Below are positions 40,381 to 49,717 of a stretch of DNA of 64,000 nucleotides, piece after piece. The position numbers and the translations under genes are program-made. Each line of letters starts with the position of its first letter. Positions within the stretch are counted from its first letter, which is position 1. The notes below the pieces were generated by a model. That model worked only from the letters and a program-made list of their open reading frames with translations, did no database searches and had not been told where the DNA came from. Origin of the DNA: an uncultured virus (IMG/VR IMGVR_UViG_2061766007_001503) (Duplodnaviria; Heunggongvirae; Uroviricota; Caudoviricetes); the IMG/VR virus record IMGVR_UViG_2061766007_001503; one strand, 5' to 3'.

Positions 40381-40836
40381 TCAAGCGACCGCCCGAAGTG
40401 CTTCGATGATGTTGTGGGTGGCGTCCACGGTGGCGCCCAAGTCCCAAGCGTTGCGGTTCTGCTCCTCATCGTCCACGAGGACGCCCGCACCGTAGGCTCT
40501 GCAAGTGTCGGCTTTCCGTACTCCGTAGGGCGTGACGATGATTTCATCGAGTAAGTCGCTAAGGCAACGCTCCCAAAGCCACTCACGCTTTACCTTTGCG
40601 ACAGCCTTGTCATACTCTGCGTTGTTCTCCTTGCTACCCCACGAAATGATACCGAGGTTATAGCCCTTCATTTTGAGTTCTGCGAAAAGCATCAAGAGGT
40701 CGATTTCTGCGTAGAGAGGACGAGCCTTTGCGTAAGGGCGAGTGTTGTGTGCGAGTAAATCATCAAGCCAACCTTCCACGCCATACAGGTCTGCGATAGT
40801 GCCGTCCATGTCGAACCAAATCCACTTGTTATCCAT
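40381..40836 (-). CDS. HAD-family phosphatase (5'-nucleotidase-like)
   Basis: WFDMDGTIAD motif I; IISW; K; LVDD motif IV. Confidence 0.8.
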   Translation of the reverse strand: MDNKWIWFDMDGTIADLYGVEGWLDDLLAHNTRPYAKARPLYAEIDLLMLFAELKMKGYNLGIISWGSKENNAEYDKAVAKVKREWLWERCLSDLLDEIIVTPYGVRKADTCRAYGAGVLVDDEEQNRNAWDLGATVDATHNIIEALRAVA

Positions 40837-40900
40837 AGCCCTTACTCCTTTCTGACAATAACAGTATAGCACCGCCTACAATAGAAGTCAACTAGTAATA

Positions 40901-41016
40901 TTGCACAAATTTTGGGATCCACCGGACTGAATTTTTGTATATTTTGCCTATTGACAAATTTTTCGGCAGGGTGTATAATGGAAAATACGCGTCGCAGTGA
41001 ACCATTTGCGACGCGT
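40901..41016 (+). promoter_or_regulatory. Composite repeat unit I
   Basis: TTGACA 40951, TATAAT 40974; hairpin ACGCGTCGCA-GTGAACCATT-TGCGACGCGT. Confidence 0.8.
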
Positions 41017-41047
41017 CAATAAAAAAATCCTCGGAGCCGGGGGGATC

Positions 41048-41251
41048 CTACCTCTCAAAGAGGTAGGGAGCCAGTTTGGCTCTGACCACGGCGAGGTCAC
41101 CCTTGGACAACTCACAGCCGTTGTCGGGGTCGAAAGCCTCAACCGTGAAGATGTCTTCGTTGACATCTCTGGTGAGGACGAGCCAGCCCCGCAGGACGCA
41201 GTTCTCAATGACTGCGGGAGACACCTTTGCGTAATCACACACGAATTCCAT
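41048..41251 (-). CDS. Small hypothetical protein
   Basis: MEFVCDYAKV...; RBS GAGGT. Confidence 0.65.
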   Translation of the reverse strand: MEFVCDYAKVSPAVIENCVLRGWLVLTRDVNEDIFTVEAFDPDNGCELSKGDLAVVRAKLAPYLFER

Positions 41252-41503
41252 ATTTCTTACCTCTCTTTCTGAAGCCATTATATTATTTTTATTTTGGAGT
41301 GTCAAGAACTTTTTTTGAGGTAGTTTCCGTCGGGTGGTCAGGCTTTCAAGTACCAGTTTCGGCTTTGTCAAGTCAATTCCGCTACCCTATTCACTCTGTC
41401 AGTGCCAACTATCTCTTCGAGAGTATCCGCTACCTCATTTCCCTCTCTGTGATTATAGTATACTGCTAGCCTTCCCTACTGTCAAGAGAAAGTGTAAAAA
41501 ATA

Positions 41504-41618
41504 TTGCACAAATTTTGGGATCCTTTGAAGTGAAAATTTGTGCAAATTGTCTATTGACAAAATGGCCGAGAATGTGATATAATGAAAATTCGCGGCGCAT
41601 CGAACCATTTGCGCCGCG
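41504..41618 (+). promoter_or_regulatory. Composite repeat unit J
   Basis: TTGACA 41554, TATAAT 41578; hairpin CGCGGCGCA-TCGAACCATT-TGCGCCGCG. Confidence 0.8.
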
Positions 41619-41639
41619 CCCAAAAGACGCGGCAAATGG

Positions 41640-41940
41640 TTTTTACTCTCTTTCGCGCCTGTTCTCTGGCACAGGATTAAGCCATTCCCCCGACCGTGCT
41701 CGCTAGGTCAACATCGGCAATCAGTGGCTCGTTAGGTGAGCCCGCCCATACGCCAACATCTTTTAGGCAGTCGTGGCGTTGACTCCGCGGGATTCACTGG
41801 GTGTATGTATTCTGCGCTCGGACTACCTACACGCGCCTGCGTGTGTGTCTGCTCGTCAGCGCCTACCCTGTCGGCTCCGCCCGTTCCGAATGGAAGTTTC
41901 TCGCTCCCTCAAAGGGGTTCTGTCCTTTGCCCCTCGGACA
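41640..41940 (-). ncRNA. Candidate GC-rich ncRNA of about 300 nt occupying a whole cassette
   Basis: No RBS-led ORF; minus-strand promoter TTGCAA-17-TATTCT at about 41946-41974 in the position where other cassettes start a gene. Confidence 0.45.
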
Positions 41941-41983
41941 AGTATAGAATACCACACCCTCTGATGTATTGCAAGTAGTAATG

Positions 41984-42172
41984 TTGCACAAAAATTTCGG
42001 GATAATTGGATCAAAATTTGTGCAAAATTTCTCTTGACAAAAAATCTGCGGGTATGATATAATGGTAAAATACGCCGCTCGCATGATTCGTGCTCGCGGC
42101 GCCCAGAGGATTTGTCAATAGTAAAAATGCACAAAAATCATTAAAAATTTTTGTGCATTTTACCTATTGCAA
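41984..42172 (+). promoter_or_regulatory. Composite repeat unit K with a second TGCACAAA palindrome after the hairpin
   Basis: TTGACA 42034, TATAAT 42058; hairpin 42073-42101 with loop TGATTCG; palindrome 42113-42172. Confidence 0.8.
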
Positions 42173-42562
42173 TTTTTGAATTGCCCGTACCAAATCAAGG
42201 TGCTCATTGCAAAAATCAATCGCCCAATCAGTCGCCGCAAATTCCTCGTCAAGATAGAAGTACTGTTCAAGCGTAAGGGCGTTTTTGAATTCGGGGTCGA
42301 AACAATCATCATCAAATTCGTCGATAGTTTCACAATGCCCCAGCTCGTGGAAGAACGAAATAGTGAAAGCGTCCACAATCTTATTTAGACCATTTTCTCT
42401 TGCAAGGGCAAGAAATGCTAAATCCATCTCGCTAGGTTCGGCGATTTCCGCAACCTCGATCTTGCTTTCAAAGTGATAGTAGTTGAAAGAGTCGCCCAAA
42501 GTAACAGAGCAATCAAATTCTTTTGCAATTTTATTCAGAAGTTTGAGAAGTGCCTTTTTCAT
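42164..42562 (-). CDS. HExxH zincin-like metallopeptidase, paralog family 3
   Basis: SFFHELGHC...QYFYLDEEFAATDWA. Confidence 0.7.
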   Translation of the reverse strand: MKKALLKLLNKIAKEFDCSVTLGDSFNYYHFESKIEVAEIAEPSEMDLAFLALARENGLNKIVDAFTISFFHELGHCETIDEFDDDCFDPEFKNALTLEQYFYLDEEFAATDWAIDFCNEHLDLVRAIQKLQ

Positions 42563-42609
42563 TTTTTCTCTCCTGTTTGGTCTGTTATTTTGGGGGTGTC
42601 CCCCTTCCC

Positions 42610-42711
42610 CTAGTCGAGGAAGAGGTCCACGAAAGCCTTGTAGGCTTCCCACGCCACCGCAAGGGTGTTCTCCCTGCGGAGCGCTCTCCAGTAAGCATAA
42701 TCTCTAACCAT
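42610..42711 (-). CDS. Micro-protein (33 aa)
   Basis: MVRDYAYWRALRRENTLAVAWEAYKAFVDLFLD*; RBS GAGGTG. Confidence 0.55.
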   Translation of the reverse strand: MVRDYAYWRALRRENTLAVAWEAYKAFVDLFLD

Positions 42712-42762
42712 GGTAATCACCTCTCTTTCTATTACTTATTATAGTATTGAAATTTTATTTTG

Positions 42763-42960
42763 TCAATACTTTTTTTCCTTAATTGTTACAATAATTCTAC
42801 GGATAATTGCAACAGGTAAAAGAATTATCCAAAGAAGATTTGCAATTAAATCTTCCAGATCACAAAGGTAGCAATCGCAGGCAATACTAACGAAATTCAT
42901 TATGTGAGCAATAATAAAATAAGAAAGAGCAATGAGGAGGATAATTTCAAGAGTAGTCAT
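42763..42960 (-). CDS. Small membrane protein
   Basis: Two hydrophobic helices. Confidence 0.7.
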   Translation of the reverse strand: MTTLEIILLIALSYFIIAHIMNFVSIACDCYLCDLEDLIANLLWIILLPVAIIRRIIVTIKEKKY

Positions 42961-43029
42961 TTTATTTATTTCCTTTCTTTAACTTTAAATAGAGTATACC
43001 ATTATTTATTAGATTTTACAATAGTAAAT

Positions 43030-43145
43030 TTGCACAAATTTTGGGATCCCCAGGTTAAAATTTTTGTGCAAATTGCCTATTGACAAAATGTGGCGGAAAT
43101 GGTATAATGAAAATTTCGGCGCGCGTGGGTCGTGCGCGCGGCGCC
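43030..43145 (+). promoter_or_regulatory. Composite repeat unit L
   Basis: TTGACA 43080, TATAAT 43103; hairpin with loop TGGGTCG. Confidence 0.8.
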
Positions 43146-43162
43146 AATAAAAAAGGCTAGGC

Positions 43163-43447
43163 TTAAAGCCTAGCCATAGCCCTCTCAAGGACATCCTCAA
43201 GAGTGTCATCCTCGAACTCCTCGTCCCAGTCCTCATCAGGCTCCTCGCCGAAGATAGAGGACTGGCAAGCGGGACACATCCCAGAGATGAGGGCTTCCCG
43301 CTCGGTGGCGTTCAGGTACGGAAACACATTCTGTACCAGATACTCGCCAGTAACAAAGCGGTTGTAATCCGCTTCCCGCACGAGTACAGAGTGCATTTTT
43401 CCGCAGATAGGGCAGACAATAGTAAGTTCAAGATTTCTATTCATCAT
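43163..43447 (-). CDS. Zinc-ribbon protein with acidic tail
   Basis: CPICG...VQNVFPYLNATEREALISGMCPACQ. Confidence 0.75.
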   Translation of the reverse strand: MMNRNLELTIVCPICGKMHSVLVREADYNRFVTGEYLVQNVFPYLNATEREALISGMCPACQSSIFGEEPDEDWDEEFEDDTLEDVLERAMARL

Positions 43448-43509
43448 AGTGGTTTACCTCTCTTTCTGAAACCATTGTATCATTTCCTATTGTGGATGTC
43501 AAGCACTTT

Positions 43510-43701
43510 TTAAAAAATTTGTGCTTCTTTTGCACTAAGATAGAAACCGTTCTCAGTAATGAGTGCACCACCCATAATTTTCGCAAAGCTTGCACCGAGG
43601 CGGATTGCGCGACCCTCGTTGAAACGGAACGCGATAGTGTGTCCATTATTGATGACTTTGTAACCGTGCTTGGTGTTAAGGATGATGATGTTCTTGCTCA
43701 T
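43510..43701 (-). CDS. Small hypothetical protein
   Basis: MSKNIIILNTKHGY...; RBS GAGGT. Confidence 0.65.
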   Translation of the reverse strand: MSKNIIILNTKHGYKVINNGHTIAFRFNEGRAIRLGASFAKIMGGALITENGFYLSAKEAQIF

Positions 43702-43787
43702 AGTGTTTACCTCTCTGTTGTGCTTTGCTTTCCTTACCTTGTAAACATAGTATAGCACCTAACTGAAATAAATGCAATAGGTAATAA

Positions 43788-43899
43788 TGCACAAATTTTA
43801 GGATCATTTAAAGAGATTTTTTGTGCAATTTGCCTATTGACAAAATACTGAAACCTATGATATAATGAAAATACGCGCGCGAGAGGACCATTCGCGCGC
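43788..43899 (+). promoter_or_regulatory. Composite repeat unit M
   Basis: TTGACA 43837, TATAAT 43861; hairpin GCGCGCGA-GAGGACCAT-TCGCGCGC. Confidence 0.8.
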
Positions 43900-43964
43900 C
43901 ACCGCAAGTCGTTATTTTTACATTTGCGCAAAAGAAAAAACTGCGCTTTCCGCAGTTTTCTCTC

Positions 43965-44159
43965 TTACTCCTCGAAGTCATCCATCTCTGCAGTGTAGTA
44001 CTGGTCAAGGCTGTGGTAGCCAGTCCGCACATACACAACCGCGTTAAGTACCTGTTCCCAAGAGCCTTCCATCAGATTGCGTGCCAGATTCAACTCGTCA
44101 GCGGTTGCGATTCCAAGTTCTACAATCTGGTCATAATCCATCATTTCCTTCTGTGTCAT
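43965..44159 (-). CDS. Small acidic hypothetical protein
   Basis: 64 aa; ELGIATADEL...VRTGYHSLDQ. Confidence 0.7.
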   Translation of the reverse strand: MTQKEMMDYDQIVELGIATADELNLARNLMEGSWEQVLNAVVYVRTGYHSLDQYYTAEMDDFEE

Positions 44160-44229
44160 AGTGTTTGCCTCTCTTGTTTTTGCTATTGTTCTTTTGATGA
44201 TTTTATTCTATCATCTTTTGTTGAATGTG

Positions 44230-44484
44230 TCAAGCATTTTTTTTCTGTGCTTTGACTAACCGATTTGCTTCTGCATAAGTCGTATTCTCGTTGATACCTT
44301 CTCTTTCGTATCTCTCAAAGCCCCAACCAAGATTGAGCAATCTTGCATCTTTGCGAACGATTGCGATGACATCGCCTGCATACTCATTGATCGATCCTTC
44401 TCTAGTCAATCTCTCTTCTACGAAGATGACTTCCTCATTATCATTCATTCCTGCGATTGCCTTTTTGATTTCTGCTACGGTCAT
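44230..44484 (-). CDS. Small hypothetical protein
   Basis: MTVAEIKKAIAGMNDNEEV; RBS GAGGT. Confidence 0.7.
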   Translation of the reverse strand: MTVAEIKKAIAGMNDNEEVIFVEERLTREGSINEYAGDVIAIVRKDARLLNLGWGFERYEREGINENTTYAEANRLVKAQKKNA

Positions 44485-44581
44485 TTTATTTACCTCTCTT
44501 TTTGTTTTTGTTCTGTCCCCTTGTTTCTGAATTAATAATACACCCAAAAGAAAAAAGTGTCAACACTTTTTAAAGAAAAAG

Positions 44582-44736
44582 TTGCACAAAATACACAGAT
44601 CTTTTTTGTGCATTTTGTACACATTTTAGGACTTTTTGCTCTGCATCTTTGTGCATTTTGCCTATTGACAAAAGTTGAAAGATGTGGTATAATGGAAGAA
44701 CGGCGCTTGACGTGATGTGACACCCGCCTGCGCGCC
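44582..44736 (+). promoter_or_regulatory. Composite repeat unit N (last copy, weak hairpin)
   Basis: TTGACA 44665, TATAAT 44688; GGCGC...GCGCC. Confidence 0.7.
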
Positions 44737-45072
44737 TAGCAAATTATTCCAATCTAATTATAGTTATTTGATTTTCAATCATTTTGTTCTGTTGTTTATC
44801 TTATCTTATTTATTTACTTTTGATACGCTTGTTATTTATTTATTGTCTTTTTCTTTTATTTTGTGGCGGGGTCTGTTTTTAGAGAGGGTTGNNNNNNNNN
44901 NNNNNNNNNNNNNNNACTTTTTTCCGGGGGGAGTATTTTCGGGAAAATTTAAAATTAAGATTGTAAAACGTTTTTTCCTCCACAACTCCCGCACCAAAAA
45001 TTTTTCTCATTTCGAACAACACCAAAAAATTCTTAGACAAACAAAAACACGAAGTATTTTTGTTTAGTCCCT

Positions 45073-45100
45073 TGACTTTAGCCAAAATTTTTGGTATAAT
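45073..45100 (+). promoter_or_regulatory. Sigma-A-type promoter upstream of the morphogenesis region
   Basis: TTGACT-17-TATAAT with extended -10 TG. Confidence 0.7.
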
Positions 45101-45167
45101 TAGTTTAAAGATGAATCTTACAGGTTCATCTTTAACTTAGATAATACTACACAGGAGAAATAAATAA

Positions 45168-46252
45168 ATGGACGACTATATTAAAATGGACTATTCACTC
45201 ACTTCCGCAGAAGAAAGAGTGAAAAAAGTAGAAGAAATANNNNNNNNNNNNNNNNNNNNNNNNNNNNNNNNNNNNNNNTTATATTTAAACAAATTAGCAG
45301 AATACATTGTAGACCCCGTAACAAAAGAAGAAAAGAAACAAAAAAATATTTTAACTAAAAATCAAATGGTAACAGTCAATAGAAGAGAGTTATCTCTCGA
45401 AGGTTTGGTATCCAAACTAGAGAATGGCGAAGATGGCATCTACAACATGATAGCCAACGACAAGAATATTCTCTTTCAACCTAAAACTCCCATAACAGAA
45501 GAGGAAATAGAATCAATTCCCCCTCTTAAAAAACTTGTTGAAGAAATAAAAAAAGTTGAAGCAATTGCGGCGACCGCTCGGGGAGCTCGAGCCTACGCCN
45601 NNNNNNNNNNNNNNNNNNNNNNNNNNATAAAGACCAGTATGTTATTAGAGCGGCATACCGCCCTACTATTTATAGTACGCATCTCCTTAAAACCGCTTCC
45701 CGCCTCGATTTATCAGAGCGGATAACCATTGATAAAAAGACAGGTAAAGTATCAAGCAATGGCCTTATTAACTTTTTCAATGAGGAGCACGTCTCCGCAC
45801 TTCTTTGCAATTACTCTAAAATAAAAGAAGATTGCTGGGACTGTTTCAACAGTGATATGAAATGGATGATGGAAGACTTTGATGCTCTTGTTGATGCGGC
45901 GCTCAAAGACAAATATCCAATTTATTATGATATTGTTATTTATAAAATAGATGGCAAACAAAATGCGGAAATTCAGGAATTATTATATGAAACTTATGGT
46001 ATAAAACACTCTGTTGAATATATCTCTTCCCTTTGGCGGAATAAGATTCCAAAATTAATAGTTCAACAAGCAGAAAATGATTATCTTATATGGTACTATA
46101 CTAATGTCGAATATGGTCNNNNNNNNNNNNNNNNNNNNNNNNNNAAGTTAGCCCATAATAATTTCTTTTCAAAAAATAGTACAAGCAAAGATGGTTACTA
46201 TAGTATATGTAAAGAATGCCGAAATGCAAAGACTAAACAAAAGAAAGAATAA
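45168..46252 (+). CDS. Hypothetical regulator with HTH-like region and C-terminal zinc finger (joined across N-gaps)
   Basis: ORFs 45168.. and 45857..46252; KIDGKQNAEIQELL...SVEYISSLW; SKDGYYSICKEC. Confidence 0.55.
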
Positions 46253-46264
46253 AGGAGGACTAAC

Positions 46265-47500
46265 ATGGCTCAAGGAATTGAAGTAGGGGCGGGTAATCAA
46301 ATTTATTGCAGTAAGTGTAAAAAAACAATGAATGCAATAAATTTTTACCAATATAAAGATGGCTCTAAATGTGAATTATGCAAAAGTTGTTTAACAATGC
46401 ATATAAATAACTGGGAGCCGGAAACTTTCCTCTGGCTTTTAGAAAAATTTGATGTACCTTGGATCCCTGCGGAATGGAATGTGTTGCGGGATCGCGCTTA
46501 TCAAAAAGATCCATATAAAATGAATGGTATGTCTGTTTTTGGGAAATACCTATCCAAAATGAAATTGAAACAATGGAAACAATTTACATGGGCGGATACC
46601 GAGAGATTGAAAGCGGAAGCGGAAGAAAAGGCTAAGGAGTGTGGTCAGCCTTCTGAAATTGCTGAACAGCAATTAAAGGAAATGGAAGAGGCCTTTCATA
46701 ATGGGGAAATTACTGAGGCTCAGTACATGACCTATAAACAACTTGAAGAACCTGCGGCGACCCCGGAGCCCTTACCTGACCCTTTTGCAGCATCAAACCA
46801 AGCTTCCCCCTACCCTGTAAATGCGCATCCATTTGAAGAAATTGATCTTCCAGATGTCGGGGCAGAGCTTACACAAGAGGATAAGATATATCTTGCAACT
46901 AAGTGGGGGCAACTTTACTCTGCCGCGGATTGGGTTTACTTAGAAGGAAAATATAATGATTTTATGAATTCATTTGATATTCAAGGTGCAGCGAGAGTAG
47001 ATACATTAATTCAGATTTGTAAACTTTCTCTTAAATGTAATCAAGCATTAGACAGCGGAGATATGGATTCATACGCAAAGCTGGCGCGTGCTTATGATTT
47101 ACTTATGAAGAGTGCAAAATTTACAGAAGCTCAGCGTAAAGAAGAAAAATCTGGTGAATTTGATTCTGTTGGACAGATAGTATATTTTGCGGAGAAGGAA
47201 GGCGGAAAGATTCCTAGACATGATATATCTACTCCTCTTGATATAGTAGATAAATCTATTAATAATTTAAAGAAATATAATCATGATTTGATAGTTAATG
47301 ATCCAACCCTTTCACAAATGTTAGAGAACCTTATTAAACGTCGTGAGAGTGCGGCGGCGCAAAGGGAGGATTTGGCTAAGGCGGAAGCCGAGGGNNNNNN
47401 NNNNNNNNNNNNNNNNNNNNNNNNNNTAGCATTTAATGATATTCTTGCAGAACAAAAGAAAACAGATGCAGAGTTAATAGAGGAGGAAAGTGAAGAATGA
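46265..47500 (+). CDS. Zinc-finger protein preceding TerL, possible terminase small subunit
   Basis: CSKC...CKSC; overlaps TerL start; position only. Confidence 0.5.
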   Translation: MAQGIEVGAGNQIYCSKCKKTMNAINFYQYKDGSKCELCKSCLTMHINNWEPETFLWLLEKFDVPWIPAEWNVLRDRAYQKDPYKMNGMSVFGKYLSKMKLKQWKQFTWADTERLKAEAEEKAKECGQPSEIAEQQLKEMEEAFHNGEITEAQYMTYKQLEEPAATPEPLPDPFAASNQASPYPVNAHPFEEIDLPDVGAELTQEDKIYLATKWGQLYSAADWVYLEGKYNDFMNSFDIQGAARVDTLIQICKLSLKCNQALDSGDMDSYAKLARAYDLLMKSAKFTEAQRKEEKSGEFDSVGQIVYFAEKEGGKIPRHDISTPLDIVDKSINNLKKYNHDLIVNDPTLSQMLENLIKRRESAAAQREDLAKAEAEXXXXXXXXXXXXAFNDILAEQKKTDAELIEEESEE

Positions 47501-49233
47501 GTTTACAATCCATTTTAGACCTTTCCGCCTCTCATTCTTTACTTGCTAAAGATGAGGTATCTGCGGAAAGGCTTAGAGCAAATTTAGATGGTATTAGAGC
47601 TAGAATTGCTTTTTATAGAGAATATCCTGATATATTTGTAGATGATANNNNNNNNNNNNNNNNNNNNNNNNNNNNNNNNNNNNNNNNNNCACAAAGAATA
47701 TTCTTACGCGCGATCATGCGCCATCGCTATGTCTATTGTGTATTCACTCGTGGTTTCAGTAAATCTTTTCTAGCTATCATGGGATTAATGTTAAAAGCAA
47801 TCCTGTTTCCTGGAAGTAAAGTATTTGTTACTACAGGAGGTAAAGAGCAGGCTGCTTTAATTACAATGTCAAAAGTAGAAGAAATATGTAAATTAATTCC
47901 TGCTTTTGCAAATGAAATTAACTGGGATCGTGGAGCTTCTAAGAAATCTAAAGATAATGTTAAATATTTGTTTAAGAATGGTTCTGAATTAGACATCTTG
48001 GCGGCAAGGGAATCTACTCGTGGTCAGCGTAGAAATGGTGGAGTTATAGAAGAGGTTATTCTAGTGGACGAGACCGCATTGAATGAAATTATTTTGCCTA
48101 CCATGAACGTTGATAGAAACCTTCCTGATGGGACAACAGACCCAGATGAAATTATTAATCAGTCACAAGTTTACATTACAAGCGCAGGTTGGAAAAATAG
48201 TTTTGCTTATGGTAGATTAATTGAAATTTTACTTAACTCAATTTTATTTCCAGATAAATACATGGTTCTTGGCGGAGATTATAAATTAGCTATTCTTGAA
48301 GGCGCGGTTAAAGAAGATATGGTTGAGGAAATGAAGATTAATGGTACTTATGATGAGTCTTCTTTTGACCGTGAGTATGGTAGTGTCTGGAGCGGAGATG
48401 CGCAAAATGCATACTTTTCAAATGATACTTTTGAAAAATATCGTGTATTACTTCAACCTGAAAAAGAATTTAGTGGTAGAACCGCGAAGAATGGGTATTA
48501 TGTTATTGGTGTGGACGTTGGACGTAAAGGATGTAATTCCGAGTGCGTTATAGTTAAAGTTACACCGCAGCCACAGGGTGATTCTATCAAGTCTATTGTC
48601 AATATTTATTCATTGGCGGCAGAGCACTTTGAAGAACAAGCAATTCATATTAAAAAGTTGTATTATAAATATAAAGCAAGGACAGTTATCATTGATGCTA
48701 ATGGTATTGGTGCTGGTTTGATTGACTTTATGGTTAAAGCGCAAGTTGATCCGGAAACTGGTGATACTCTTGTTCCATTCGGTGTTGAAGGTGGAACTTA
48801 TGAAGAAGCAACTTCAGATTATAAGAAATATAGAACTGATGATATGGAAAGAGATGCTATGTATCTAATTAAGGCTAACGCACCTATTAATACAGAAGCG
48901 CATGCTTATGTTCAGACGCAAATGAGTAGTGGTAAGGTTAAATTTTTAATAGATGAACAAACCGCAAAGGCTAAATTGTTGGCAACAAAAGTAGGACAAA
49001 ATATGACACCTGACGATAGAAATGAATATTTAANNNNNNNNNNCAAGAATCAAATGTTAAATTTAATTGAAGATAATGAAGGTGTTAATATTATTTTAAA
49101 ACAAAATAATAAAGGTATTCCTAAGGATAAGTTCTCAGCTTTTGAATATGCTTTGTATTATATCAAACAAGATGAAGCTAGAAGAAAGAAAAGAAAAACA
49201 AGTTCAATTGCGGATTTGTTATTTTTCACTTAA
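47497..49233 (+). CDS. terL: Terminase large subunit
   Basis: FTRGFSKS Walker A, RGQRR, VIEE Walker B, YITSA motif III, IGVDVGR RNase-H-like nuclease, KDKFSA. Confidence 0.9.
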   Translation: MSLQSILDLSASHSLLAKDEVSAERLRANLDGIRARIAFYREYPDIFVDDXXXXXXXXXXXXXXXQRIFLRAIMRHRYVYCVFTRGFSKSFLAIMGLMLKAILFPGSKVFVTTGGKEQAALITMSKVEEICKLIPAFANEINWDRGASKKSKDNVKYLFKNGSELDILAARESTRGQRRNGGVIEEVILVDETALNEIILPTMNVDRNLPDGTTDPDEIINQSQVYITSAGWKNSFAYGRLIEILLNSILFPDKYMVLGGDYKLAILEGAVKEDMVEEMKINGTYDESSFDREYGSVWSGDAQNAYFSNDTFEKYRVLLQPEKEFSGRTAKNGYYVIGVDVGRKGCNSECVIVKVTPQPQGDSIKSIVNIYSLAAEHFEEQAIHIKKLYYKYKARTVIIDANGIGAGLIDFMVKAQVDPETGDTLVPFGVEGGTYEEATSDYKKYRTDDMERDAMYLIKANAPINTEAHAYVQTQMSSGKVKFLIDEQTAKAKLLATKVGQNMTPDDRNEYLXXXXKNQMLNLIEDNEGVNIILKQNNKGIPKDKFSAFEYALYYIKQDEARRKKRKTSSIADLLFFT

Positions 49234-49299
49234 ATTCTTAGGGCAATTTTTATTAAATTTGTAAAGTTTATTTTTAAATATATCAGTGAGGAAAAGTTT

Positions 49300-49646
49300 A
49301 TGAAGTCAAGTAGAGGAGAAATTAAAATTTGTGATATTCTTGATATGGCGGGNNNNNNNNNNNNNNNNNNNNNNNNNNNNNNNNNNNNNNNNNNNNNNTT
49401 CGATTTGATTTTTGTATTTTTGATGATAATGGGGATATTGATTTTCTTTTAGAGTATCAGGGTATTCAGCATTATCAAGCAAAGTCAAAATTTGGTGGTG
49501 CTAGAGGTTTGTATCAGCAAAAATATAATGATGCACAAAAGAGAGAGTATTGTAAAGCTCATGGGTATAAGTTGGTTTGTGTGCCTTATTGGGATGAAAA
49601 TATTCTAGATTATGATTATATTATGAAAGCTGCTAATGACTGGTAA
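49300..49646 (+). CDS. DUF559/Vsr-like endonuclease (N-gap inside; not in ORF track)
   Basis: MKSSRGEIKICDIL...LLEYQGIQHY...NDAQKREYCKAHGYKLVCVPYW. Confidence 0.65.
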
Positions 49647-49717
49647 CTAGTAATTTGACTTTTAAAGAAATTTTTGGTATAATTATACCAAGATTGGTGA
49701 GGAGGTATCTCTAAAGA

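Noticed and set aside
33470..44736. CRISPR array interpretation of the repeated units
   Set aside because: Units are degenerate, 80-190 nt long and separated by whole genes at irregular 0.5-1.2 kb spacing; no cas genes seen.
33470..44736. Classical integron attC sites
   Set aside because: No RYYYAAC/GTTRRRY core ends found by eye, cassettes carry their own promoters, and no integrase is in the window; kept only as an analogy.
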